Shown here: piece after piece, positions 1 to 12,568 of the stretch
Layout: each line of letters begins with the position of its first letter
How positions within the stretch are numbered: position 1 is the first letter of the stretch
Assembly (NCBI RefSeq): GCF_004010195.1
Contig: NC_057717.1
Location: 103,811,179-103,875,178, forward strand
Length of the DNA: 64,000 nucleotides
Reading direction: 5' to 3'
Source: Chiloscyllium plagiosum
Taxonomy: Eukaryota
Made by a program: the position numbers and the translations under genes
Notes under the pieces: generated by a model
Database searches by the model: none
Told to the model about the DNA's origin: nothing
What the model saw: the letters and a program-made list of their open reading frames with translations, nothing else

Positions 1-925
1 TTTTTCTTCTGCGTATTTCCTTCTTAGTAATCCTCTGTTGCTCTTTAAAAGCTTCCCAATCCTCAGTTTTCCCACTTATCTTTGCTATGTTTTTCTCTTT
101 TAACTTTATATGTTTCTTTACTTCCCTCATCAGCCACAGCCGCCCATGCCTCCTCCTGGGCTCTTTCTTCCTTTTTGGAATGAACTGATCCTGCAACTTC
201 TGCATTATACACAGAAATATCCGCCATTGTTCCTCCACGGTCATCCCTGCTAAGGTATTGCACCATTGAACTTTGGCCAGCTCCTCCCTCATAGCTCCAT
301 AGTTCCCTTTATTCAACAGAAGTACTGTCACTTCCGACTGTACCCTCTCCCTCTCAAATTGCAGATTGAAGCTTATTGTATTATGGTCACTACTTCCCAA
401 TGGCTCCTTCACTTTGAGGTCCCTGACCAATTCTGGTTCATTGCACAATACCAGATCCAGAATTGTCTTCTCCCTGGTCGGCTCCAGCACCAGCTGTTCT
501 AAGAATCCATCTTGGAGGCACTACACAAAGTCTCTTTCTTGAGGTCCAATACCATCCTGATTCTCCCAGTCTATCTGCATGTTGAAATCCCCCTTAACAA
601 TTGTAGTAACACTTTTGCAACAGGCCAATTTCAGCTCCTGATTTAACTTACATCCGACTTCCAGACTACTGTTTAGAGGCCTTTAGATAACTCACAAGAG
701 GGTCTTTTTACCCTTAGTATTTCTCAGCTCTATCCACACTGACTCTACATCCCCTGATTCTAGGGTCTGAATATCATCCCTTACCAACATGGCCACCCCA
801 CCCCCCTCTGCCCGTCAGTCTGTCCTTACGATAGCACGTGTAGCCTTGAAAATTCATTTCCCAGGCCCTGTCCACTTGAGGCCACGTCTCAGTTATCCCC
901 ACAGTATCATATCTGCCAATTTCAA
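1..925 (-). mobile_element. Degraded CR1-type LINE ORF2 fragment (AP-endonuclease region)
   Basis: The minus strand encodes a GDFN-type motif near 580-605 and CR1-like tether sequence; many stops. Confidence 0.7.
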
Positions 926-1046
926 AAAGAGCCTCAATACTGTACCAACCCTTTCACTTAGTCTCCTTCTTCAGCCCTTTCCCCAAGGGATGAGTAGTTG
1001 AGATATTGGTTAGGCTAAGAATAGATATAAAGGTGATGCTAGTCAC

Positions 1047-1790
1047 ATGGGTGGCATGGTGACTCAGTGGTTAGCACTGAGTTCGATTCCACCCTTGGGT
1101 CACTGTCTGTGTGGAGTTTGCACATTCTCCTCCCACAGTCCAAAGACGTGGATGCTCTGGAGAGGGTTCAGAGGAGGTTTACCAGGATGCTACCTGGACT
1201 GGAGGGCTTATCTTATGAAGAAAGGTTGACTGAGCTCGGACTTTTTTCATTGGAGAAAAGGAGGAGGAGAGGGAACCTAATTGAGATATACAAGTTAATG
1301 AGAGGCATAGATAGAGTCGATAGTCAGAGACTATTTCCCAGGGCAGAAATGACTAACACGAGGGATCATAGTTTTAAGCTGGTTGGAGGAAAGTATAGAG
1401 GGGATGTCAGAGGCGGGTTCTTTACACAGAGAGTTGTGAGAGCACAGAATGCGTTGCCAGCAGCAGTTGTGGAAGCAAGGTCATTGGGGACATTTAAGAG
1501 ACTGCTGGACATGCATATGGTCACAGAAATTTGAGGGTGCATACATGAGGATCAGTGGTCGGCACAACATCGTGGGCTGAAGGGCCTGTTCTGTGCTGTA
1601 CTGTTCTATGTTCTATGTGCATAATAGGGTGGATTGGCCATGCTAAATTGCCCATAGTGTCCAGGGATTGCAAGTTACGTGGATTATTCTTGGGAATGCA
1701 GGGTTATAGGAAGGGAGGGAAGCTCTTCAGAAGGTCAGTGTGGATTCGATGGGCTGAATGGCCTGCTTCCACACTGTAGGGACTCTATGA
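1047..1790 (+). mobile_element. HE1/V-SINE interrupted by a CR1 3' fragment (~1146-1620)
   Basis: tRNA-like head GGTGGCATGGTGACTCAGTGGTTAGCACTG, then the CR1 C-terminal peptide (ALERVQRRFTRMLPGLEGLSYEERL...) with TTCTATG tail; the SINE body resumes at GGATTGGCCATGCTAAATTG. Confidence 0.85.
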
Positions 1791-3379
1791 CATTAGCAGA
1801 AAGAGGCATGCACAGGGTAGATTCAGTGTAATGGAGTAAGTGTAGACTTTGTAAGAAATAAAATGGAGGAATAGCAGAATCTAAATGTTGAGGAGGAGTC
1901 TCCGGTCGACATTGTCAAAGGTGAAGTGACCAGGGAGCTAAGATGGCTTGTAGAATCATATAGCACAGAAACAGACCCTTCGGTCCAACTCATCCATGCT
2001 AGCTAAGTTTCCCAAACTAAACTCGTCCCACTTACCTGCATTTGGCCCATATCCCTCCTAAACCTTTCCCAAGTGCCCTTTAAATGTTGTAACTGTACCT
2101 GCATCTACCACTTCCTCTGGCAGTTCATTCCACACACAAACCACCCTCGGGGTGAAAAAGTTACCTCCCAGGTCCCTTTTAAGTCTTTCTCCTCTCACCT
2201 TAAAAATAAGCCCCCTCAGTTTTGAACGTATCCACCCTAGAGAAAAGAGTTTTGCTATTCACCTTACCCATGCCCCTCACGATTTTATAAGCCTCTGTAA
2301 GGTCACCCCTCAAACTCCTACACTCCAGTGAAACAATCCCAGCCTCTCCCTATAACTCAAACCCTCCATTCCGGGCAACATCCAGGTAGATCTTTTCTGA
2401 ACCCTCTCCAATTTAATAACATTCTTCCTGTAGCAGGGTGACCTCTGTAGTCCAAGCTGTAGACGCCTGGGATCAGGTAAATCTCCTTAAGAGGTGTAGG
2501 GGCATTCCTAAAAAGGTCATCAGGAGGTTTAGATTAGATTACCTACAGTGTGGAAACAGGCCCTTCGGCCCAACCAGCCCTCTGAAGAGTAACCCACCCA
2601 GACCCATTTCCCTAACACTATGAGTAATTTAGCATGGCCAATTCACCTGGTCTGCACATCTTTGGACTGTGGGAGGAAACCGGAGCACCCAGAGGAAACT
2701 TAGCTAGCGTGGATGAGTTGGACTGAAGGGTCTGTTTCTGTGCTATATGATACTACAAGCCATCTTAGCTCCCTGGTCACTTCACCTTTGACAATGTCGA
2801 CCGGAGACTCCTCCTCAACATTTAGATTCTGCTATTCCTCCATTTTATTTCTTATAAAGTCTACACTTACTCCATTACACTGAATCTACCCTGTGCATGC
2901 CTCTTTCTGCTAATGTCATAGAGTCTCTACATTGTGAAAGCAGGCCATTCAGCCCATTGAATCTACACTGACCTTCTGAAGAGCTTCCCTCCCTTCCTAT
3001 AACCCTGCATTCCCAAGAATAATCCACATAACTTGCAATCCCTGGACACCATGGGCAATTTAGCATGGCCAATCCACCCTATTACACACATAGAACATAG
3101 AACATAGAACAGTACAGCACGGAACAGGCCCTTCAGCCCACGATGTTGTGCGGACCACTGATCCTCATGTATGCACCCTCAAATGTCTGTGACCATATGT
3201 ATGTCCAGTCGTCTCTTAAATGTCCCCAATGACCCTGCCTCCACAACTGCTGCTGGCAACGCATTCCATGCTCTCACAACTCTCTGTGTAAAGAACCCGC
3301 CTCTGACATCCCCTCTATACTTTCCTCCAACCAGCTTAAAACTATGACCCCTCGTGTTAGTCATTTCTGCCCTGGGAAA
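1334..3379. repeat. Long inverted repeat: arms 1334-2012 and 2694-3379
   Basis: The right arm is a near-identical reverse complement of the left arm, including the non-SINE segment 1790-1950. The 7-nt length difference equals one extra AACATAG unit. Confidence 0.95.
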
Positions 3380-4221
3380 CCCACGCAGACACTGGGAGAA
3401 TGCGCAAACTCCACACAGATAGTTGCCCGAGGCGGGAATTGAACCGGGGACCATGGTGCGGTGAGGTAGCAGTGCTAACCACTGAGCCACTGTGAAATAA
3501 CTATGGCAGATAAGGTTAAACACAATCCAAAGAGATTCTATAAATACATTAAGAGCTAAAGATAATCCAGGGAGAGAATAGGGCCTCTTAAAGATCAACG
3601 AGATAGTTTATGTGTGGAACAACAGGAGATAGGAGAGATATGAAATGGTTATGTGCATGAGGGGGGAGTGCATTTAGGAATAGGGACACTCAGAGGGGAG
3701 TGCATTTAGGAATAGGGACACTGAGAAAGAAAAACAAGCGACTAAGAAGATTGTCAAGACACTGGAGAGGGGACGGAGAGGGTTCAGCAGCCCAGGGATG
3801 TAGGAATTTGGATATGTGGAGAGATTGGGAAAAATGTGATGGTTCTCCTAGGAGCAGAGGGGGTTAAGGGGAAATCTAACAGAGGTGATCGGGAGGGGAC
3901 TGATAAAGTGGGGGGGGGGTGATAAACTGGTTCCTTTGATAACCAGAGGTCACCAGTTGTAATGGATTAGTTAAAAACCTAAAGGGGGAGCAAGGAGGAA
4001 TGGTTTCAGACAGGGGAGGAGCGATGGAGATGTGGAGGTCACCTGAAAGCTCCATGGAACGAGGTCCTAGTGGAACCTTCCAGAAAGCAGTGGGACCTGT
4101 ACTTCAAGAGGAATGGTTAGCAGGGCTATGCCGGAGTTTGGGATTACATTAAAGCACGACAAAAAGGCGGGCGATGAGACTGATCGAGCTGACAAACAGC
4201 AGCTTGGCAGGTAATACTCAC

Positions 4222-4306
4222 CAAAGACTCAACCTTCTGCTGGTTCTGGGCAGCAACCTCGAACCATTCAATGTCCTTCTTCCTCTCCTCTTCAACTGCT
4301 TCCAGT
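4222..4306 (-). CDS. RASAL3: RASAL3-like exon, coiled coil (last exon visible; no stop codon, so the gene continues)
   Basis: TTCCAG|A...TTG|GTGAGT, 85 bp: LEAVEEERKKDIEWFEVAAQNQQKVESL, similar to DAB2IP 'LMSVEEELKKD...KQKIIDAQ'. Confidence 0.88.
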
Positions 4307-4825
4307 CTGGAACGTTTGGAGAACATTTCACATCAGGGTCAGGTCAGGATAATGATAACACATGTAATGGCAGGTGAATGGAAATAGGAGAGAAAGGTTG
4401 AGAGTGAGAATGAAAATAAAGGCGGGAGAGTAATCTGAGGAACAGAACGCAGAGTTTGGCAGTACAGTTTGCCCAGCTATAACGCACATATCCTCAATGG
4501 AAATTCACTGTAGTGAGATTGATGCATTGGGGTCGCTGTTTCTAAAGCGGAAATTTTTAAAATGTGTGCTGGCTGTAACACAATTACAGCGTCAACACTT
4601 TAAGCGCTGTTTCTCAACCGTGATTTTTCTATAACTCGGGGATACACAAGAACGCAACCATCACATTCTAGAACTGACTGTTTTTAAAGCAGGAGAAAGT
4701 GAGGGCTACAGACGCTGGAGATCAGAGTCGAGAGAGTGGTACTGGAAAAGCACAGCAGGTCAGGCAGCGTACGAGGAGCAGGAGAGTTGACGTTTCAGGC
4801 ATTAGCTCTTCATCAGGAATGCTCA

Positions 4826-5200
4826 TTCCCCACACAAACCACTCTCTGTGTAAAAATAATTGCTTGGCATGTCCTTTTTAAATCTCTCTCCTCTCACCTT
4901 GAAAACGATGCCCTCTAGTCTTGAACTCCCCCACCCTAGGGAAAAGACACCTGCCTTTCACCGTATCTAAACCTGTCATGATTTTATGAACTTCTACAAG
5001 GTCACCTGTCAGCCTCCGACGCTCCAGGGAAAAAGGTCCCAGCCTGACCAGTCTGTCCTAATAACTCAAACCCTCCATACCCGCCAACATCCTGGTAAAT
5101 CTCTTCTGAACCCTCTTCAGCTCGATAATATCCTTCCTGTAACAGGGCGACCAGAACTGGGCACAGTACTCCAGAGGAGGCCTCACTAACATCCTGGACA
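4826..5200 (-). mobile_element. CR1 LINE 3' fragment
   Basis: Minus strand carries the RP.LEYCAQFWSP...KD...LKRVQKRFTRML motif. Confidence 0.8.
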
Positions 5201-5250
5201 ATGTCAACTGAGTTGGACAATGAGCTTTTTAAGTACTAACCCGCCCTTAC

Positions 5251-5423
5251 CTGGTGCTCAGATCCTTAATTTGTTTGTCCTTTTCTTCCAGTTGGGTTTT
5301 CTGCCTCTCCTCGTTCTCCTGGAGGACTCTCTGAACGTGCTCATCAATGCGGCTCTGAAACTGCTTCAGTTCCTCGTTGATGGTCTGCACGTTTTCCTGG
5401 AGGTGTGAAATGTCTTGCTCATG
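5251..5423 (-). CDS. RASAL3: RASAL3-like exon, coiled coil
   Basis: CCCCAG|CAT...AG|GTAAGG, 173 bp: HEQDISHLQENV...LQENEERQKTQLEEKDKQIKDLST(R), similar to SynGAP/DAB2IP 'EKD.Q.K.II.R'. Confidence 0.9.
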
Positions 5424-6132
5424 CTGGGGTAGGGGATGGGAGGGAGGGAACAAGGGGAGATTTATTAGCTTCTCGACAGGGATTTGAACATTTAGCATTT
5501 CTAGGCCAGCTGGGAATTCTGGGAGAGAGAGATAGAGAGACATCAAACCTGGACGTGGAAGGATTTAACCAAAGCAGACTAGTGCCAACTCTAATGCCAC
5601 TGCCCAATTCCTCCCCTATCCATGGGAATGCTAACCACACGGTATTAGAGCCAGCATGGGACAGGTCTACAGCACAGTGTCCCTACCTCTGAGCCAGAAG
5701 CTGCGGATCCCTCGATGTGGACACAGAAGGTGAGTGTGTCTAACACGGCCAAAATTGGGAGAGATCCCAGGCCAAACTATGGAACAGTGAGAAGGTCAGC
5801 ACGCCTCTGCTCTCACACCCCTCAGCTCCAGACTACTCTCCACTGATCCCCAGCCTCAGGTGAACAAAGCATAGAAATCAGCTGGATGTCTGAAAGAACT
5901 GCAGATCCCTGCATGGCAGGACGGACACTTGATGGAGCTAGCTGGAGGGTAGCACAGGACCCAGTGCATTCTGGCGAGGAACTCTTGAATTGATATAGTG
6001 CCTTTCACAACCTCAGGAATCCCCAAAGTGCTTGACTTTGATCAGCCCTGAAACCAGCCCAATGGTAAAGGTAGGTGCCAATCAGGGGTAGGTAGCTCAT
6101 CAAAAGCAAATGTCGGTTTCCAGCCTGATTAC

Positions 6133-6264
6133 CTTCTCAAACGGTTTGAAGTCTTGTCTTTCTCCCTCTATCTGACAGGACCACTCCTCGTGTCCAGAGA
6201 TGCGCTCCCATGGGACTTGGGATTTTCTGAATGAGTCAACGGGCATCAGGCGCGGGTTATGACC
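6133..6264 (-). CDS. RASAL3: RASAL3-like exon (not in ORF track)
   Basis: GACAG|GGT...AAG|GTAATC, 132 bp: GHNPRLMPVDSFRKSQVPWERISGHEEWSCQIEGERQDFKPFEK. 'RKSQVPWER' matches the recalled RASAL3-specific 'RKPSVPWQR'. Confidence 0.85.
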
Positions 6265-7511
6265 CTGTCACAGACACAGCAGAGTTGGCTATTCAGACAC
6301 ATGCATTAACAATCCTCACGATCTGCTCAAAACCAAACCCAGGAGTGAGGTTGGAGGGGGTGGGCGTGGGGGAGGCGCAGGCAATGGGTGGGCAAGAGAG
6401 TACACAGCATGAGGTCAATTCGGCCAATGAAGGCTGAAAATTTGCACCAACCAATAGGAAGGTATGTTTAGCCTCAGACATTGGTATGTTAGACTTGACT
6501 CTAGCCAATGGACAAAGAGTTAGCCAATGGCTCCATTCTGAATTGACACATGGAGGCGTTCCATTGGTTGCTATTAATCGTAGATTTAGAAGGCCGCAGT
6601 TTTGTTCTCTCCCAAATGCCTCATGGCTATAAAGACCACTATCAACCCATTCCTCCTCACCGTCCCGTTCGGTCTTTCCCGACCGTCACAGCCTCTCTGT
6701 TGTGCCTTTGTCCCACCATCTGATGTTGAGTATTGTTTGAAGCCTCCAGACTCGTGGTACGACCTGGGAGATCAGGGCAGTGCATGATGCTGCAGCTCCG
6801 CCAGGGAGATTCATTGGAGCACAGCCCGGCCTGGAGCGACTCAGCGATGGAGAGAGACCAGGTAGGGTCAGGGCTGGTTTCCCTACAGTGGAGGGAGTGG
6901 GGCGGGGGGATGGGTGGAGGGGGAACCTGATTGAGGTGTCCACAGTTCTGAGGGTCACAGGCAGAGTAGATAGGGTGACTCCTCTTCCCTTTCGAGGGTT
7001 CAATGACCGGGAATTGTGGTCTTAAGGGCAGGGGCAGGACGTTTTGGGGAGAGGTTGAGGAAAAAATTTTTCACTCAGAGGGTGGTGGGGAGCTGGAACT
7101 CACCACATTAAAAGCAACGTCAGGAACCCTCAAGACATTTGGGACTTCTTGAAACGGGCACATTGGGAGTCCTGGAGACAGGCCAAATGCTGGCAGATGG
7201 GATTAGGATTGATAGCCACTTGATGGCCAGTATAGAATCAATGGGCCGAAGGGCCTTTTACCACATTGTTAAACTCTAACCATGGTCCTGTGCAAGTTTA
7301 ATACTGCACCCTTGGTTAGCAAATGTACTTCACTAGAAATATACCCCCTCCTTCCACCCCATCTGGGGTTATAGTGCTCCCGCGTCCCTCTTTACAGGAG
7401 TTTGAGGATCTGTTACATCTTCCCAGTGCTTCCTGTTTCAGCATAAACTCAATGGCATCAACGTGAACAGGGTAACATTCAGAGATAGCCTCTGAGGAAC
7501 AAGACCATTAC

Positions 7512-7884
7512 CTGTATCCTGAGGCGTGGGTTGCTTTGTGGGCAGGTGTGCGATGACTTTAAGGACTGGGTAACAGAGAGGGGAGTCTTGGTCAGGGTAG
7601 CGTAAGATCTGTCCGGCAGGTTTGTGAGTATGTCTTCCTTGGCATGCCCTTGCACGTTGGATACCGTTTCCAGCGTTGAGTGTTGCCGGGAGATGTTGGG
7701 TCGTTTGCGAGCTGGTGCACTCTGGGTCCGTTTCACCACAGACATTCCCTTGGCTTGTTTGCCATTGCTCTTCACATGCTGCTGCTCCTCCTGTGCACAC
7801 TTATTCAGGCTTAGTAATGATGCACTCACTGTTTGGACATTTTTGGGGGCTACATAGACCGGCTTGTCGTCCCGGCAATACTCA
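7512..7884 (-). CDS. RASAL3: RASAL3-like exon, low-complexity C-terminal linker
   Basis: CCTTTCCTTCCAG|T...CAG|GTAATG, 373 bp, open and phase-consistent. Contains KRTQSAPARKRP, similar to the recalled RASAL3 'RTQSVP.RRP'. Confidence 0.85.
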
Positions 7885-7998
7885 CTGGAAGGAAAGGCAG
7901 CGTGTGTAAGGACTGTGCAGCATACTGGGTCCACGGCAACATCTTCATCTGGGATCCACCCTGAACCCTCCCACAGGGAAAAGGATCGATATGGTGGA

Positions 7999-9035
7999 GA
8001 CACACAGACACACACAGACACACACTCACAGACACACACACACACACACAGACACACACACAGACACACACACACAGACACANNNNNNNNNNNNNNNNNN
8101 NNNNNNNNNNNNNNNNNNNNNNNNNNNNNNNNNNNNNNNNNNNNNNNNNNNNNNNNNNNNNNNNNNNNNNNNNNNNNNNNNNNNNNNNNNNNNNNNNNNN
8201 NNNNNNNNNNNNNNNNNNNNNNNNNNNNNNNNNNNNNNNNNNNNNNNNNNNNNNNNNNNNNNNNNNNNNNNNNNNNNNNNNNNNNNNNNNNNNNNNNNNN
8301 NNNNNNNNNNNNNNNNNNNNNNNNNNNNNNNNNNNNNNNNNNNNNNNNNNNNNNNNNNNNNNNNNNNNNNNNNNNNNNNNNNNNNNNNNNNNNNNNNNNN
8401 NNNNNNNNNNNNNNNNNNNNNNNNNNNNNNNNNNNNNNNNNNNNNNNNNNNNNNNNNNNNNNNNNNNNNNNNNNNNNNNNNNNNNNNNNNNNNNNNNNNN
8501 NNNNNNNNNNNNNNNNNNNNNNNNNNNNNNNNNNNNNNNNNNNNNNNNNNNNNNNNNNNNNNNNNNNNNNNNNNNNNNNNNNNNNNNNNNNNNNNCACAC
8601 ACAGACACACACGCACCCACACACATACGCACACACGCACATACATGCACACACATGCACACACACACGCACATGCACCAACGTGCACACAGACACACAC
8701 AAGCACGCAGAGACACACAAGTGCACGTGCACACAGACACACAAAAACAAACACACAGTCACACACACAGACACACATGTATGTACATCCAAGCACACAC
8801 GCACACATACACAGACACAAGCGTACGCACACAGACACAAGACACACAAACACACACAGTCACATACACATGTACATGCATGTGCGCACGCACACAGACA
8901 CACGCACACATACAGACACATGCAGACACACACACACACAGACACGCGCACACATGCACTTGTACACAGACACACACACAGACACATACACACACAGACA
9001 TACACAGACACACACACACAGACACATACACATGA
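7999..9035. repeat. Degenerate (CA)n/(CAGA) microsatellite spanning assembly gap 8083-8595
   Basis: Directly visible. Confidence 0.95.
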
Positions 9036-10368
9036 CAGAAAAAAACACACACCTTTGGTCCTTTTCCAAACCACACAGTAGCCAGCTAGATACTCAGTCC
9101 CCTATCCTGATATTGAAACATCCTACTGGGCAACATTCTTCAGTGAACCCCTTGACCCAATAATCCAATGGAAATATGCCACTAATCCCCTTACATCACC
9201 TTCAGAGCACACTTCCTGACCCTGCATTCGATTTTGTTTGACTTCTCAATTTTACTCATGACCGGTTATAGATCAGACATAGGGGAGACAATGTGCTCGT
9301 GGTATTATCGCTGGACTATTAATTCTGAAACTCAGCTAATGTTCTGGAGACCCAGGTTCCAATCCTGCCATGGTAGCCAGTCGAATTGGAATTCAATTAA
9401 AAAATCCAAAATTAAGGGTCTAATGATGACCATAAAGCCATTGTCAATCTTTGGAAAAACCCATCTGGTACACTAAAGTCCTTGAGGGATGGAAATTGCC
9501 ATCCTTACTCGGTTTAGCCGACATGTGACTCCAGACCAACAACAATGTGGCTGACTCTGAACTGCCGTCTGGAATGGACAATAAATGCTGGGCTGGCTAG
9601 AGATACCCACACCCCACTTAAAATAGAGAACATTGATCTTGATTTTACATCCTGATCCACGTGGTTCATGAGGATAGGGAATGGGACTCCGAGAGAATAC
9701 AGTTACACTCCTTGGAAGGCTGATTTAGTTGGAATGTGCAAGATATGAAGGGGAGGAGATAAGACAGAAACTATTCCCAATGGTCAGGCAGTTTTGAACA
9801 GCAAGGTGGGAATCTACAATGAAAGCCAGAGTTTTCAGGAGGGAATTTAAGAAACACCTCTATACACAAGGGGCAAAAGAACATTAAAACCTACTTTTGC
9901 ACACAGCAATGGACATTGGTTACATGGAAAGCTGGTGATATATAGAATCTTATCAACAAAACATGCTAAAGGGAGCTGGGACAAAAGGTGTTACTTGCTA
10001 AGCTGTGGATCAGCGACAGAAAGCTGTCGAGACCCAGCCACTGAGAGTCTCTGAGACCGAGATAGCGAGGTTTTTGATTAGTACGTGGATCAGGAGGGTG
10101 GGAGAATGGGACTGAGACAAACATCAGACATGACTGAAAGGCAGAGCTGACCCAGTGAGCCATGTGGCTTTATGCGGCTCCCATATCTTGTCTTATCAAT
10201 CGAAATTGAAGGTTGGAACCTGTTTGAGTGGCTGAATGGTCTGTTCCTGCTATTTATCCCTGTACTTGAGAAGCTTGTTGGAATTGCTCTTCTGAAATCA
10301 CTCCCAATTCCGGGAATCCTAATCCATTGCCTACCCCACCTCTGTTAGTAAGGGTTATTCGGACTTAC

Positions 10369-10469
10369 CCAAAGTCTTGGTAATGTATCAGCGGTATGTT
10401 TGGGTTTTTCAGAGAGTGGGTGATTCCATTGAGAATGTCGGGGAGAGGTCTCAGTCTGCCCAGTTCTCG
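10369..10469 (-). CDS. RASAL3: RASAL3-like exon following the GAP domain (not in ORF track)
   Basis: ATAG|CGA...GG|GTAAGT, 101 bp: RELGRLRPLPDILNGITHSLKNPNIPLIHYQDF(G), resembling the family motif 'L.KLGPLPRIL.DI..AL.NP'. The acceptor is atypical but is forced by in-frame stops just upstream. Confidence 0.85.
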
Positions 10470-11354
10470 CTATCATTTGTAGGCGATGGCAACGACAGGG
10501 TGCAGTAAGAATAGACATGAAAAGGGAAAAAAATTAGACAGGCAGCAACACGAGTTGTAAGCTTCGTCATTTTAAAAAGACATTTATTAGTCATCATGTT
10601 TAAGAATGTCAAAGGAGTTCGGCTGCAGCTTTTTCTGATGCATTGCCAACTCCACTTACCTCCCCCTTTCTTATCCTCCCCCCGTCCTCGGAAATATTTC
10701 TCCAACCCTACATCTTTCGAGCCCAGCTTTCGTTCGCCTACCCTGGTCTCTCCTTGACAGAAAAACAGAAGTTGCTGGAAAAGCTCAGCTGTTCTGAGGA
10801 AGGGTCACCAGACCAGAAACGTTAACTCTGATTCCTCTCCACGGATGCTGCCAGACTTGCTGAGCTTTTCCAGCAATGTCTGTTCTCGTTTCTGATTTAC
10901 AGCATGCACAGATCTTTCAGTTTTTAATCTTCTTGATCGGTTCAGAGACAAAACTTTGCAAGATTCTTACTAGGATAACACAACTGTAAAGGACCTTGGT
11001 ACACCACATGATGTCTAAAAGGTGCTGGTTACAAAATAAATCCACATTGCACTTCAATGTCATTACCTCAAAGTCCATTAAAGGGAAAATTCTCTATACA
11101 ATGCCAACCACCAAATAGAAATAAAGTGGCATCCCCATTTGAATATTTATTCTGACAACACCAACTCAGTGGCTGTGAATCAGCAAAGCACTCCTAGTGA
11201 GGGCTGACCAGGCTAAAGCTAGTCAAACCCATTTCTTGTTGGACTAGGAAGAGATGTCCAAGAGTCATTCTAACAGCCTTTCTCAACATGAGAGTGTTGG
11301 TTCAGGGCCATTGAGTAAACCAGGTTCAAAGTCAACAGCTCAGACAGAGTGGAG

Positions 11355-11683
11355 AATCATAGAACCCCTACAGTCTGGAAACAGGCCCTTCGGCCCAACA
11401 AGTCCACACCGACCCTCCACAGAATAACCCACCCAGACCCATTCCTCTTCACTTACCCCTGACTAATAGACCTAACCTACATATCTCTGGACAATTTAGC
11501 ATGGCCAATTCACTCTAACCTGCACATCTTTGGACTGTGGGAGGAAACCGGAGCACTCGGAGGAAACGCACACATACACGAGGAGAATGTGCAAACTCCA
11601 CGCAGTCGCCTGAGGCTGGAATCAAACTCTGGTCCCTAATGCTGTAAGGCAGCAGTGCTAACCACTGAGCCACAGTGCCACCT
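11355..11683 (-). mobile_element. HE1/V-SINE. Further copies at about 15167-15483(-), 17445-17755(-), 21676-21960(+), 27978-28310(-), 28870-29207(-), 30421-30730(+), 31916-32215(+), 46026-46345(+), 46528-46720(-), 49676-49960(+), 53345-53630(-), 56296-56642(-), 56976-57230(+), 59508-59828(-), 61932-62110(-)
   Basis: Shared tRNA-derived head (A box TGGCTCAGTGG, B box GGTTCGATTCC), V-domain CTGTGTGGAGTTTGCACATTCTCCCCGTG and a LINE-derived tail GGGCCGAAGGGCCTGTTTCC...(TAATC)n. Confidence 0.9.
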
Positions 11684-11721
11684 GAAAAATAACAGCCAGC
11701 TCAACCTGTCACAACCATTAC

Positions 11722-11923
11722 CTGCTCCAGGCGAGACATGGTGTCACAGAGAAGTAAGTGCAAGATGGACAGACCCAAACCCAGGTCAATACAGCCTTCA
11801 AACTCTGAGCTGTTGATGCTGGGCTCTGGACTGGAAATGTTTGTCAGGAAGATTTTCATGTTGTCCCAGTTTGATTCCAGGAAATTGTCCATGAAGGTCA
11901 TGTAGCCCTCTTTGTCTTCAAAC
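11722..11923 (-). CDS. RASAL3: RASAL3-like exon, end of RasGAP domain
   Basis: CTACAG|G...CAG|GTAATG, 202 bp: FEDKEGYMTFMDNFLESNWDNMKIFLTNISSP...FEGCIDLGLGLSILHLLLCDTMSRLEQ. Confidence 0.95.
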
Positions 11924-12234
11924 CTGTAGGGTGAGCAAAGACCAAACTGGGTACCTCTATGTAAAGCCTCAACTGGTGCAGAAACAAGACAGATACCGTG
12001 TCTCTGGGGAGAGACTGCGCACAGGTAAGGAGCAAGTCAGGCTTCGATAATTGTGGAACGTACTGTGAAATCACGCCGTCCCTGACTCTGATTTTACCAA
12101 CCCAGCCAATATCATAAATAGCGCAGCTCCCACTAGATACTTGCCAAAGGTGCATCACTCTGAAAGCTTATGATTTCAAATAAACCTGTTGGACTATAAC
12201 CTGGTGTCGTGTGATTCCTGACTTCACCTTTTTA

Positions 12235-12510
12235 ATGAGACCTTAAATTAAGGTGCCACCTCCCCTCTGCAGTGTAAATAATCATATGGCACTATTCCAA
12301 AGGGCAGCAGGGAAGCACTCTCTGATGCTCTGGTCAGTGCTTATCCCTCAATGACATTACAAAGTCAGATCATTGCTGTTTGTCGGACCTGTATGTGCGC
12401 AAATTGGTTCCTGTGCATCCTACATTACAGCAACGATTTGACTCTAAGAACAACTCTTTGACAGCAAAGCACTTTCCAATACCCCAATACAGGCGCTAAA
12501 CAAATCTTCT
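12235..12510 (+). mobile_element. Ancient DeuSINE-like (SacSINE1/AmnSINE1-type) fragment
   Basis: Deu-domain-like run ATGGCACTATTC...TTATCCCTCAA...CATTGCTGTTTGT...GTGCGCAAATTGG...CCTACATTACA. Confidence 0.65.
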
Positions 12511-12568
12511 TCTCCCACAGATTTGTGTCCGAGCTCAGCAGCTGAGATCAGACTGATGGTGTACATAC

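Noticed and set aside
1067..1534. 155-aa ORF
   Set aside because: A chance fusion of a SINE head and a CR1 ORF2 C-terminus; not a host gene.
3663..3726. 32-bp tandem duplication (and a 38-bp one at ~46954-47030)
   Set aside because: Ordinary two-copy slippage duplications with no sign of function.
1..4221. Terminal RASAL3 exon with stop codon
   Set aside because: Not found. This stretch is mostly LINE/SINE and the inverted duplication, so the exon is probably beyond the window start.
7850..9163. Long His/Thr- or Cys/Val-rich ORFs (also 25137-26028 and 33646-34056)
   Set aside because: Artefacts of CA/TG microsatellites and N gaps. Only 7512-7884 is a supported exon.
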